Assembly (NCBI RefSeq): GCF_009914755.1
Contig: NC_060933.1
Source: the human T2T-CHM13v2.0 reference genome, Homo sapiens
Length of the DNA stretch: 64,000 nt
Reading direction: 5' to 3' (one strand)
Shown: positions 12,538 through 26,400 of the stretch, one piece after another
Numbering within the stretch: the stretch's first letter is position 1
Layout of the letters: the number at the start of each line of letters is the position of its first letter
The notes under the pieces: model-generated
Told to the model about the DNA's origin: nothing
Database searches by the model: none
The model's input: only the letters and a program-made list of their open reading frames with translations
Position numbers and translations under genes: made by a program

Positions 12538-15500
12538 CATTCTCAGAAACTTGTTTGTGATGTGTGTATTCAACTAACAGAGATGAACCTTTCTTTTTAC
12601 AGAGCAGTTTTGAAACACTCTTTTTGTGGAATCTGAAAGTGGATATTTGGATAGCTTTGAGGATTTCGTTGGAAACGGGATTACATATAAAACCTAGAGA
12701 GAAGCATTCTCAGGAACTTCTTTGTGATGTTTGCCTTCAAGTCACAGGACTGAACATTCCCTTTCATAGAGCAGGTTTGAAACACTCTTTCTGTAGTATC
12801 TGCAAGCTGACGTTTCAAGCGCTTTCAGGCCTATGGTGAGAAAGGAAATATCTTCAAGTAAAAACTAGACAGAAGCATTCTCAGAAACTTATTTGCCATG
12901 TGTGTTCTCAACTAACAGAGTTGAACCTTTGTTTTGATACGGCATTTTGGAAACACTCTTTTTGTAGAATCTGCAGGTGGATATTCGGATAGCTTTGAAG
13001 GTTTCGTTGGAAACGGGAATATCTTCATATAAAATCTAGACGGAAGCATTCTCAGAAACTGCTTTGTGATGTTTTCATTCAAGTCACAGAGTAGAATGTT
13101 CCCTGTTATATACCAGGTTTGAGACACTCTTTCTGCACTACCTGGAAGTGGACATTTGCAGCGCTTTGAGGCCTATGATGAAAAAGGAAATATCTTCCCA
13201 TAAAAACTAGACAGAAGCATTCTCAGAAACTTGTTTGTGATGTGTGTATTCAACTAACAGAGATGAACCTTTCTTTTTACAGAGCAGTTTTGAAACACTC
13301 TTTTTGTGGAATCTGAAAGTGGATATTTGGATAGCTTTGAGGATTTCGTTGGAAACGGGATTACATATAAAATCTAGAGAGAAGCATTCTCAGGAACTTC
13401 TTTGTGATGTTTGCATTCACGTCACAGAACTGAACATTCCCTTTCATAGAGCATGTTTGAAACACTCTTTCTGTAGTATCTGCAAACGGACATTTCAAAC
13501 GCTTTCAGGCCTGTGGTGAGAAAGGAAATATCTTCAAATAAAAACTAGACAGAAGCATTCTCAGAAACTTATTTGCGATGTGTGTCCTCAACTAACAGAG
13601 TTGAACCTTTCTTTTGATACAACATTTTGGAAACACTCTTTTTGTGGAATCTGCAAGTGGATATTTGGATAGCTTTGAAGATTTCGTTGGAAACGGGAAT
13701 ATCTTCATATAAAATCAAGACAGAAGCATTCTCAGAAACTTCTCTGTGATGTTTGCATTCAACTCATAGAGTTGAACACTTCCCTTCATACAGCAGGTTT
13801 GAAACACTCTTTTTGTAATATTTGGAAGTGGACATTTGCAGCGCTTTGAGGCCTATGATGAAAAAGGTAATATCTTCCCATAAAAACTAGACAGAAGCAT
13901 TCTCAGAAACTTGTTTGTGATGTGTGTATTCAACTAACAGAGATGAACCTTTCTTTTTACAGAGCAGTTTTGAAACACTCTTTTTGTGGAATCTGAAAGT
14001 GGATATTTGGATAGCTTTGCGGATTTCGTTGGAAACGGGATTACATATAAAATCTAGGGAGAAGCATTCTCAGGAACTTCTTTGTGATGTTTGCATTCAA
14101 GTCACAGAACTGAACATTCCCTTTCATAGAGCAGGTTTGAAACACTCTTTCTGTAGTATCTGCAAGCGGACGTTTTAAGCGCTTTCAGGCCTGTGGTGAG
14201 AAAGGAAATATCTTCAAATAAAAACTAGACAGAAGTATTCTCAGAAACTTATTTGCGATGTGTGTCCTCAACTAACAGAGTTGAACCTTTCTTTTGATAC
14301 AACATTTTGGAAACACTCTTTTTGTAGAATCTGCAAGTGGATATTTGGATAGCTTTGAAGGTTTCGTTGGAAACGGGAATATCTTCATATGAAATCAAGA
14401 CAGAAGCATTCTCAGAAACTTCTCTGTGATGTTTGCATTCAACTTATAGAGTTGAACACTTCCCTTCATACAGCAGGTTTGAAACACTCTTTTTCTAATA
14501 TTTGGAAGTGGACATTTGCAGCGCTTTGAGGCCTATGTTGAAAAAGGAAATATCTTCTCCTAAAAACCAGACAGAAGCATTCTCAGAAACTTCCTTGTGA
14601 TGTGTGTACTCAAGTAACAGAGTTGAACCTTCCTTTTGACAGAGCAGTTTTGAAGCACTCTTTTTGTAGAATCTGCAAGTGGATATTTTGATACCTTTGA
14701 GGATTTCGTTGGACACGGGATATCTTCATATAAAATCTAGACAGAAGCATTCTCAGAAACTTCTTTGTGCTGTATGTCCTCAATTAACAGAGTTGAACCT
14801 TTGTGTGGATACAGCATTTTGGAAACATTCCTTTAGAAGAATCTGCAAGTTGATATTTAGATAGCTAGGAAGATTTCCTTGGAAACGGGAATATCTTCAT
14901 ATAAAATCTAGACGGAAGCATTCTCAGAAAGTGCTTTGTGATGTTTGCATTCAAGTCACAGAGTTGAATATTCCCTTTTATAGAGCAGGTTTGAAACACT
15001 CTTTCTGCACTACCTGGAAGTGGACATTTGGAGCGCTTTGAGGCCTATGTTGAAAAAGGAAATATCTTCCCATAAAAACTAGACAGAAGCATTCTCAGAA
15101 ACTTGTTTGTGATGTGTGTATTCAACTAACAGAGATGAACCTTTCTTTTTACAGAGCAGTTTTGAAACACTCTTTTTGTGGAATCTGAAAGTGGATATTT
15201 GGATAGCTTTGAGGATTTCGTTGGAAACGGGATTACATATAAAACCTAGAGAGAAGCATTCTCAGGAACTTCTTTGTGATGTTTGCCTTCAAGTCACAGG
15301 ACTGAACATTCCCTTTCATAGAGCAGGTTTGAAACACTCTTTCTGTAGTATCTGCAAGCTGACGTTTCAAGCGCTTTCAGGCCTATGGTGAGAAAGGAAA
15401 TATCTTCAAGTAAAAACTAGACAGAAGCATTCTCAGAAACTTATTTGCCATGTGTGTTCTCAACTAACAGAGTTGAACCTTTGTTTTGATACGGCATTTT

Positions 15501-17641
15501 GGAAACACTCTTTTTGTAGAATCTGCAGGTGGATATTCGGATAGCTTTGAAGGTTTCGTTGGAAACGGGAATATCTTCATATAAAATCTAGACGGAAGCA
15601 TTCTCAGAAACTGCTTTGTGATGTTTTCATTCAAGTCACAGAGTAGAATGTTCCCTGTTATATACCAGGTTTGAGACACTCTTTCTGCACTACCTGGAAG
15701 TGGACATTTGCAGCGCTTTGAGGCCTATGATGAAAAAGGAAATATCTTCCCATAAAAACTAGACAGAAGCATTCTCAGAAACTTGTTTGTGATGTGTGTA
15801 TTCAACTAACAGAGATGAACCTTTCTTTTTACAGAGCAGTTTTGAAACACTCTTTTTGTGGAATCTGAAAGTGGATATTTGGATAGCTTTGAGGATTTCG
15901 TTGGAAACGGGATTACATATAAAATCTAGAGAGAAGCATTCTCAGGAACTTCTTTGTGATGTTTGCATTCACGTCACAGAACTGAACATTCCCTTTCATA
16001 GAGCATGTTTGAAACACTCTTTCTGTAGTATCTGCAAACGGACATTTCAAACGCTTTCAGGCCTGTGGTGAGAAAGGAAATATCTTCAAATAAAAACTAG
16101 ACAGAAGCATTCTCAGAAACTTATTTGCGATGTGTGTCCTCAACTAACAGAGTTGAACCTTTCTTTTGATACAACATTTTGGAAACACTCTTTTTGTGGA
16201 ATCTGCAAGTGGATATTTGGATAGCTTTGAAGATTTCGTTGGAAACGGGAATATCTTCATATAAAATCAAGACAGAAGCATTCTCAGAAACTTCTCTGTG
16301 ATGTTTGCATTCAACTCATAGAGTTGAACACTTCCCTTCATACAGCAGGTTTGAAACACTCTTTTTGAAATATTTGGAAGTGGACATTTGCAGCGCTTTG
16401 AGGCCTATGATGAAAAAGGTAATATCTTCCCATAAAAACTAGACAGAAGCATTCTCAGAAACTTGTTTGTGATGTGTGTATTCAACTAACAGAGATGAAC
16501 CTTTCTTTTTACAGAGCAGTTTTGAAACACTCTTTTTGTGGAATCTGAAAGTGGATATTTGGATAGCTTTGCGGATTTCGTTGGAAACGGGATTACATAT
16601 AAAATCTAGGGAGAAGCATTCTCAGGAACTTCTTTGTGATGTTTGCATTCAAGTCACAGAACTGAACATTCCCTTTCATAGAGCAGGTTTGAAACACTCT
16701 TTCTGTAGTATCTGCAAGCGGACGTTTTAAGCGCTTTCAGGCCTGTGGTGAGAAAAGAAATATCTTCAAATAAAAACTAGACAGAAGCATTCTCAGAAAC
16801 TTATTTGCGATGTGTGTCCTCAACTAACAGAGTTGAACCTTTCTTTTGATACAACATTTTGGAAACACTCTTTTTGTAGAATCTGCAAGTGGATATTTGG
16901 ATAGCTTTGAAGGTTTCGTTGGAAACGGGAATATCTTCATATGAAATCAAGACAGAAGCATTCTCAGAAACTTCTCTGTGATGTTTGCATTCAACTCATA
17001 GAGTTGAACACTTCCCTTCATACAGCAGGTTTGAAACACTCTTTTTCTAATATTTGGAAGTGGACATTTGCAGCGCTTTGAGGCCTATGTTGAAAAAGGA
17101 AATATCTTCTCCTAAAAACCAGACAGAAGCATTCTCAGAAACTTCCTTGTGATGTGTGTACTCAAGTAACAGAGTTGAACCTTCCTTTTGACAGAGCAGT
17201 TTTGAAGCACTCTTTTTGTAGAATCTGCAAGTGGATATTTTGATACCTTTGAGGATTTCGTTGGACACGGGATATCTTCATATAAAATCTAGACAGAAGC
17301 ATTCTCAGAAACTTCTTTGTGCTGTATGTCCTCAATTAACAGAGTTGAACCTTTGTGTGGATACAGCATTTTGGAAACATTCCTTTAGTAGAATCTGCAA
17401 GTTGATATTTAGATAGCTAGGAAGATTTCCTTGGAAACGGGAATATCTTCATATAAAATCTAGACGGAAGCATTCTCAGAAAGTGCTTTGTGATGTTTGC
17501 ATTCAAGTCACAGAGTTGAATATTCCCTTTTATAGAGCAGGTTTGAAACACTCTTTCTGCACTACCTGGAAGTGGACATTTGGAGCGCTTTGAGGCCTAT
17601 GTTGAAAAAGGAAATATGTTCCCATAAAAACTGGACAGAAG
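12538..17641 (+). repeat. Two 15-mer HORs (A-B-C-trimer, 2552 bp each)
   Basis: Trimer markers 12127, 14679 and 17231. Confidence 0.93.
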
Positions 17642-20600
17642 CATTCTCAGAAACTTGTTTGTGATGTGTGTATTCAACTAACAGAGATGAACCTTTCTTT
17701 TTACAGAGCAGTTTTGAAACACTCTTTTTGTGGAATCTGAAAGTGGATATTTGGATAGCTTTGAGGATTTCGTTGGAAACGGGATTACATATAAAACCTA
17801 GAGAGAAGCATTCTCAGGAACTTCTTTGTGATGTTTGCCTTCAAGTCACAGGACTGAACATTCCCTTTCATAGAGCAGGTTTGAAACACTCTTTCTGTAG
17901 TATCTGCAAGCTGACGTTTCAAGCGCTTTCAGGCCTATGGTGAGAAAGGAAATATCTTCAAGTAAAAACTAGACAGAAGCATTCTCAGAAACTTATTTGC
18001 CATGTGTGTTCTCAACTAACAGAGTTGAACCTTTGTTTTGATACGGCATTTTGGAAACACTCTTTTTGTAGAATCTGCAGGTGGATATTCGGATAGCTTT
18101 GAAGGTTTCGTTGGAAACGGGAATATCTTCATATAAAATCTACACGGAAGCATTCTCAGAAACTGCTTTGTGATGTTTTCATTCAAGTCACAGAGTAGAA
18201 TGTTCCCTGTTATATACCAGGTTTGAGACACTCTTTCTGCACTACCTGGAAGTGGACGTTTGGAGCGCTTTGAGGCCTATGTTGAAAAAGGAAATATCTT
18301 CCCATAAAAACTAGACAGAAGCATTCTCAGAAACTTGTTTGTGATGTGTGTATTCAACTAACAGGGATGAACCTTTCTTATTACAGTGCAGTTTTGAAAC
18401 ACTCTTTTTGTGGAATCTGAAAGTGGATATTTGGATAGCTTTGAGGATTTTGTTGGAAACGGGATTACATATAAAACCTAGAGAGAAGCATTCTTAGGAA
18501 CTTCTTTGTGATGTTTGCATTCAAGTCACAGAACTGAACATTCCCTTTCATAGAGCATGTTTGAAACACTCTTTCTGTAGTATCTGCAAACGGACATTTC
18601 AAACGCTTTGAGGCCTATGGTGAGAAAGGAAATATCTTCAAATAAAAACTAGACAGAAGCATTCTCAGAAACTTGTTTGCGATGTGTTTCCTCAACTAAC
18701 AGAGTTGAACCTTTCTTTTGATACAACATTTTGGAAACACTCTTTTTGTAGAATCTGCAAGTGGATATTTGGATAGCTTTGAAGGTTTCTTTGGAAACGG
18801 GAATATCTTCATATAAAATCAAGACAGAAGCATTCTCAGAAACTTCTCTGTGATGTTTGCATTCAACTCATAGAGTTGAACACTTCCCTTCATACAGCAG
18901 GTTTGAAACACTCTTTTTGTAATATTTGGAAGTGGACATTTGCAGCGCTTTGAGGCCTATGTTGAAAAAGGAAATATCTTCCCATAAAAACTAGACAGAA
19001 GGATTCTCAGAAATTTGTTTGTGATGTGTGTATTCAACTAACAGAGATGAACCTTTCTTTTTACAGAGCAGTTTTGAAACACTCTTTTTGTGGATTCTGA
19101 AAGTGGATATTTGGATAGCTTTGAGGATTTTGTTGGAAACGGGATTACGTATAAAACCTAGAGAGAAGCATTCTCAGGAACTTCTTTGTGATGTTTGCAT
19201 TCAAGTCACAGAACTGAACATTCCCTTTCATAGAGCAGGTTTGAAACACTCTTTCTGTAGTATCTGCAAGCTGACGTTTCAAGCGCTTTCAGGCCTATGG
19301 TGAGAAAGGAAATATCTTCAAGTAAAAACTAGACAGAAGCATTCTCAGAAACTTATTTGCGATGTGTGTTCTCAACTAACAGAGTTGAACCTTTATTTTG
19401 ATATGGCATTTTGGAAACACTCTTTTTGTAGAATCTGCAGGTGGATATTCGGATAGCTTTGAACGTTTCGTTGGAAACGGGAATATCTTCATATAAAATC
19501 TAGACGGAAGCATTCTCAGAAACTGCTTTGTGATGTTTTCATTCAAGTCACAGAGTAGAATGTTCCCCGTTATATACCAGGTTTGAGACACTCTTTCTGC
19601 ACTACCTGGAAGTGGACATTTGGAGCGCTTTGAGGCCTATGATGAAGAAGGAAATATCTTCCCATAAAAACTAGACAGAAGCATTCTCAGAAACTTGTTT
19701 GTGATGTGTGTATTCAACTAACAGAGATGAACCTTTCTTTTTACAGAGCAGTTTTGAAACACTCTTTTTGTGGAATCTGAAAGTGGATATTTGGATAGCT
19801 TTGCGGATTTCGTTGGAAACGGGATTACATATAAAATCTAGGGAGAAGCATTCTCAGGAACTTCTTTGTGATGTTTGCATTCAAGTCACAGAACTGAACA
19901 TTCCCTTTCATAGAGCAGGTTTGAAACACTCTTTCTGTAGTATCTGCAAGCGGACGTTTTAAGCGCTTTCAGGCCTGTGGTGAGAAAGGAAATATCTTCA
20001 AATAAAAACTAGACAGAAGCATTCTCAGAAACTTATTTGCGATGTGTGTCCTCAACTAACAGAGTTGAACCTTTCTTTTGATACAACATTTTGGAAACAC
20101 TCTTTTTGTAGAATCTGCAAGTGGATATTTGGATAACTTTGAAGGTTTCGTTGGAAACGGGAATATCTTCATATGAAATCAAGACAGAAGCATTCTCAGA
20201 AACTTCTCTGTGATGTTTGCATTCAACTCATAGAGTTGAACACTTCCCTTCATACAGCAGGTTTGAAACACTCTTTTTCTAATATTTGGAAGTGGACATT
20301 TGCAGCGCTTTGAGGCCTATGTTGAAAAAGGAAATATCTTCTCCTAAAAACCAGACAGAAGCATTCTCAGAAACTTCCTTGTGATGTGTGTACTCAAGTA
20401 ACAGAGTTGAACCTTCCTTTTGACAGAGCAGTTTTGAAGCACTCTTTTTGTAGAATCTGCAAGTGGATATTTTGATACCTTTGAGGATTTCGTTGGACAC
20501 GGGATATCTTCATATAAAATCTAGACAGAAGCATTCTCAGAAACTTCTTTGTGCTGTATGTCCTCAATTAACAGAGTTGAACCTTTGTGTGGATACAGCA

Positions 20601-20873
20601 TTTTGGAAACATTCCTTTAGAAGAATCTGCAAGTTGATATTTAGATAGCTAGGAAGATTTCCTTGGAAACGGGAATATCTTCATATAAAATCTAGACGGA
20701 AGCATTCTCAGAAAGTGCTTTGTGATGTTTGCATTCAAGTCACAGAGTTGAATATTCCCTTTTATAGAGCAGGTTTGAAACACTCTTTCTGCACTACCTG
20801 GAAGTGGACATTTGGAGCGCTTTGAGGCCTATGTTGAAAAAGGAAATATCTTCCCATAAAAACTAGACAGAAG
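17642..20873 (+). repeat. 19-mer HOR variant of different composition (A-B'-A'-C-trimer, 3232 bp)
   Basis: Trimer markers 17231 to 20463. Tetramer order read from subtype SNVs. Confidence 0.9.
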
Positions 20874-23425
20874 CATTCTCAGAAACTTGTTTGTGATGTG
20901 TGTATTCAACTAACAGAGATGAACCTTTCTTTTTACAGAGCAGTTTTGAAACACTCTTTTTGTGGAATCTGAAAGTGGATATTTGGATAGCTTTGAGGAT
21001 TTCGTTGGAAACGGGATTACATATAAAACCTAGAGAGAAGCATTCTCAGGAACTTCTTTGTGATGTTTGCCTTCAAGTCACAGGACTGAACATTCCCTTT
21101 CATAGAGCAGGTTTGAAACACTCTTTCTGTAGTATCTGCAAGCTGACGTTTCAAGCGCTTTTAGGCCTATGGTGAGAAAGGAAATATCTTCAAGTAAAAA
21201 CTAGACAGAAGCATTCTCAGAAACTTATTTGCCATGTGTGTTCTCAACTAACAGAGTTGAACCTTTGTTTTGATACGGCATTTTGGAAACACTCTTTTTG
21301 TAGAATCTGCAGGTGGATATTCGGATAGCTTTGAAGGTTTCGTTGGAAACGGGAATATCTTCATATAAAATCTAGACGGAAGCATTCTCAGAAACTGCTT
21401 TGTGATGTTTTCATTCAAGTCACAGAGTAGAATCTTCCCTGTTATATACCAGGTTTCAGACACTCTTTCTGCACTACCTGGAAGTGGACATTTGCAGCGC
21501 TTTGAGGCCTATGATGAAAAAGGAAATATCTTCCCATAAAAACTAGACAGAAGCATTCTCAGAAACTTGTTTGTGATGTGTGTATTCAACTAACAGAGAT
21601 GAACCTTTCTTTTTACAGAGCAGTTTTGAAACACTCTTTTTGTGGAATCTGAAAGTGGATATTTGGATAGCTTTGAGGATTTCGTTGGAAACGGGATTAC
21701 ATATAAAATCTAGAGAGAAGCATTCTCAGGAACTTCTTTGTGATGTTTGCATTCACGTCACAGAACTGAACATTCCCTTTCATAGAGCATGTTTGAAACA
21801 CTCTTTCTGTAGTATCTGCAAACGGACATTTCAAACGCTTTCAGGCCTATGGTGAGAAAGGAAATATCTTCAAATAAAAACTAGACAGAAGCATTCTCAG
21901 AAACTTATTTGCGATGTGTGTCCTCAACTAACAGAGTTGAACCTTTCTTTTGATACAACATTTTGGAAACACTCTTTTTGTGGAATCTGCAAGTGGATAT
22001 TTGGATAGCTTTGAAGATTTCGTTGGAAACGGGAATATCTTCATATAAAATCAAGACAGAAGCATTCTCAGAAACTTCTCTGTGATGTTTGCATTCAACT
22101 CATAGAGTTGAACACTTCCCTTCATACAGCAGGTTTGAAACACTCTTTTTGTAATATTTGGAAGTGGACATTTGCAGCGCTTTGAGGCCTATGATGAAAA
22201 AGGTAATATCTTCCCATAAAAACTAGACAGAAGCATTCTCAGAAACTTGTTTGTGATGTGTGTATTCAACTAACAGAGATGAACCTTTCTTTTTACAGAG
22301 CAGTTTTGAAACACTCTTTTTGTGGAATCTGAAAGTGGATATTTGGATAGCTTTGCGGATTTCGTTGGAAACGGGATTACATATAAAATCTAGGGAGAAG
22401 CATTATCAGGAACTTCTTTGTGATGTTTGCATTCAAGTCACAGAACTGAACATTCCCTTTCATAGAGCAGGTTTGAAACACTCTTTCTGTAGTATCTGCA
22501 AGCGGACGTTTTAAGCGCTTTCAGGCCTGTGGTGAGAAAAGAAATATCTTCAAATAAAAACTAGACAGAAGCATTCTCAGAAACTTATTTGCGATGTGTG
22601 TCCTCAACTAACAGAGTTGAACCTTTCTTTTGATACAACATTTTGGAAACACTCTTTTTGTAGAATCTGCAAGTGGATATTTGGATAGCTTTGAAGGTTT
22701 CGTTGGAAACGGGAATATCTTCATATGAAATCAAGACAGAAGCATTCTCAGAAACTTCTCTGTGATGTTTGCATTCAACTCATAGAGTTGAACACTTCCC
22801 TTCATACAGCAGGTTTGAAACACTCTTTTTGTAATATTTGGAAGTGGACATTTGCAGCGCTTTGAGGCCTATGTTGAAAAAGGAAATATCTTCTCCTAAA
22901 AACCAGACAGAAGCATTCTCAGAAACTTCCTTGTGATGTGTGTACTCAAGTAACAGAGTTGAACCTTCCTTTTGACAGAGCAGTTTTGAAGCACTCTTTT
23001 TGTAGAATCTGCAAGTGGATATTTTGATACCTTTGAGGATTTCGTTGGACACGGGATATCTTCATATAAAATCTAGACAGAAGCATTCTCAGAAACTTCT
23101 TTGTGCTGTATGTCCTCAATTAACAGAGTTGAACCTTTGTGTGGATACAGCATTTTGGAAACATTCCTTTAGTAGAATCTGCAAGTTGATATTTAGATAG
23201 CTAGGAAGATTTCCTTGGAAACGGGAATATCTTCATATAAAATCTAGACGGAAGCATTCTCAGAAAGTGCTTTGTGATGTTTGCATTCAAGTCACAGAGT
23301 TGAATATTCCCTTTTATAGAGCAGGTTTGAAACACTCTTTCTGCACTACCTGGAAGTGGACATTTGGAGCGCTTTGAGGCCTATGTTGAAAAAGGAAATA
23401 TCTTCCCATAAAAACTAGACAGAAG
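20874..23425 (+). repeat. 15-mer HOR (2552 bp)
   Basis: Trimer markers 20463 to 23015. Confidence 0.93.
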
Positions 23426-26400
23426 CATTCTCAGAAACTTGTTTGTGATGTGTGTATTCAACTAACAGAGATGAACCTTTCTTTTTACAGAGCAGTTTTG
23501 AAACACTCTTTTTGTGGAATCTGAAAGTGGATATTTGGATAGCTTTGAGGATTTCGTTGGAAACGGGATTACATATAAAACCTAGAGAGAAGCATTCTCA
23601 GGAACTTCTTTGTGATGTTTGCCTTCAAGTCACAGGACTGAACATTCCCTTTCATAGAGCAGGTTTGAAACACTCTTTCTGTAGTATCTGCAAGCTGACG
23701 TTTCAAGCGCTTTCAGGCCTATGGTGAGAAAGGAAATATCTTCAAGTAAAAACTAGACAGAAGCATTCTCAGAAACTTATTTGCCATGTGTGTTCTCAAC
23801 TAACAGAGTTGAACCTTTGTTTTGATACGGCATTTTGGAAACACTCTTTTTGTAGAATCTGCAGGTGGATATTCGGATAGCTTTGAAGGTTTCGTTGGAA
23901 ACGGGAATATCTTCATATAAAATCTTGACGGAAGCATTCTCAGAAACTGCTTTGTGATGTTTTCATTCAAGTCACAGAGTAGAATCTTCCCTGTTATATA
24001 CCAGGTTTCAGACACTCTTTCTGCACTACCTGGAAGTGGACATTTGCAGCGCTTTGAGGCCTATGATGAAAAAGGAAATATCTTCCCATAAAAACTAGAC
24101 AGAAGCATTCTCAGAAACTTGTTTGTGATGTGTGTATTCAACTAACAGAGATGAACCTTTCTTTTTACAGAGCAGTTTTGAAACACTCTTTTTGTGGAAT
24201 CTGAAAGTGGATATTTGGATAGCTTTGAGGATTTCGTTGGAAACGGGATTACATATAAAATCTAGAGAGAAGCATTCTCAGGAACTTCTTTGTGATGTTT
24301 GCATTCACGTCACAGAACTGAACATTCCCTTTCATAGAGCATGTTTGAAACACTCTTTCTGTAGTATCTGCAAACGGACATTTCAAACGCTTTCAGGCCT
24401 ATGGTGAGAAAGGAAATATCTTCAAATAAAAACTAGACAGAAGCATTCTCAGAAACTTATTTGCGATGTGTGTCCTCAACTAACAGAGTTGAACCTTTCT
24501 TTTGATACAACATTTTGGAAACACTCTTTTTGTGGAATCTGCAAGTGGATATTTGGATAGCTTTGAAGGTTTCGTTGGAAACGGGAATATCTTCATATAA
24601 AATCAAGACAGAAGCATTCTCAGAAACTTCTCTGTGATGTTTGCATTCAACTCATAGAGTTGAACACTTCCCTTCATACAGCAGGTTTGAAACACTCTTT
24701 TTCTAATATTTGGAAGTGGACTTTTGCAGCGCTTTGAAGCCTATGATGAAAAAGGTAATATCTTCCCATAAAAACTAGAAAGAAGCATTCTTCAGAGACT
24801 TGTTTGTGATGTGTGTATTCAACTAACAGAGATGAACCTTTCTTTTTACAGAGCAGTTTTGAAGCACTCTTTTTGTAGAATCTGCAAGTGGATATTTTGA
24901 TACCATTGAGGATTTCGTTGGACACGGGATATCTTCATATAAAATCTAGACAGAAGCATTCTCAGAAACTTCTTTGTGCTGTATGTCCTCAATTAACAGA
25001 GTTGAACCTTTGTGTGGATACAGCATTTTGGAAACATTCCTTTAGTAGAATCTGCAAGTTGATATTTAGATAGCTAGGAAGAGTTCCTTGGAAACGGGAA
25101 TATCTTCATATAAAATCTAGACGGAAGCATTCTCAGAAAGTGCTTTGTGATGTTTGCATTCAAGTCACAGAGTTGAATGTTCCCTTTTATAGAGCAGGTT
25201 TGAAACACTCTTTCTGCACTACCTGGAAGTGGACATTTGGAGCGCTTTGAGGCCTATGTTGAAAAAGGAAATATCTTCCCATAAAAACTAGACAGAAGCA
25301 TTCTCAGAAACTTGTTTGTGATGTGTGTATTCAACTAACAGAGATGAACCTTTCTTTTTACAGAGCAGTTTTGAAACACTCTTTTTGTGGAACCTGAAAG
25401 TGGATATTTGGATAGCTTTGAGGATTTCGTTGGAAACGGGATTACATATAAAACCTAGAGAGAAGCATTCTCAGGAACTTCTTTGTGATGTTTGCATTCA
25501 AGTCACAGAACTGAACATTCCCTTTCATAGAGCAGGTTTGAAACACTCTTTCTGTAGTATCTGCAAGCTGACGTTTCAAGCGCTTTCAGGCCTATGGTGA
25601 GAAAGGAAATATCTTCAAGTAAAAACTAGACAGAAGCATTCTCAGAAACTTATTTGCGATGTGTGTTCTCAACTAACAGAGTTGAACCTTTGTTTTGATA
25701 TGGCATTTTGGAAACACTCTTTTTGTAGAATCTGCAGGTGGATATTCGGATAGCTTTGAAGGTTTCGTTGGAAACGGGAATATCTTCATATAAAATCTAG
25801 ACGGAAGCATTCTCAGAAACTGCTTTGTGATGTTTTCATTCAAGTCACAGAGTAGAATGTTCCCTGTTATATACCAGGTTTGAGACACTCTTTCTGCACT
25901 ACCTGGAAGTGGACATTTGCAGCGCTTTGAGGCCTATGATGAAAAAGGAAATATCTTCCCATAAAAACTAGACAGAAGCATTCTCAGAAACTTGTTTGTG
26001 ATGTGTGTATTCAACTAACAGAGATGAACCTTTCTTTTTACAGAGCAGTTTTGAAACACTCTTTTTGTGGAATCTGAAAGTGGATATTTGGATAGCTTTG
26101 AGGATTTCGTTGGAAACGGGATTACATATAAAATCTAGAGAGAAGCATTCTCAGGAACTTCTTTGTGATGTTTGCATTCACGTCACAGAACTGAACATTC
26201 CCTTTCATAGAGCATGTTTGAAACACTCTTTCTGTAGTATCTACAAACGGACATTTCAAACGCTTTCAGGCCTATGGTGAGAAAGGAAATATCTTCAAAT
26301 AAAAACTAGACAGAAGCATTCTCAGAAACTTATTTGCGATGTGTGTCCTCAACTAACAGAGTTGAACCTTTCTTTTGATACAACATTTTGGAAACACTCT

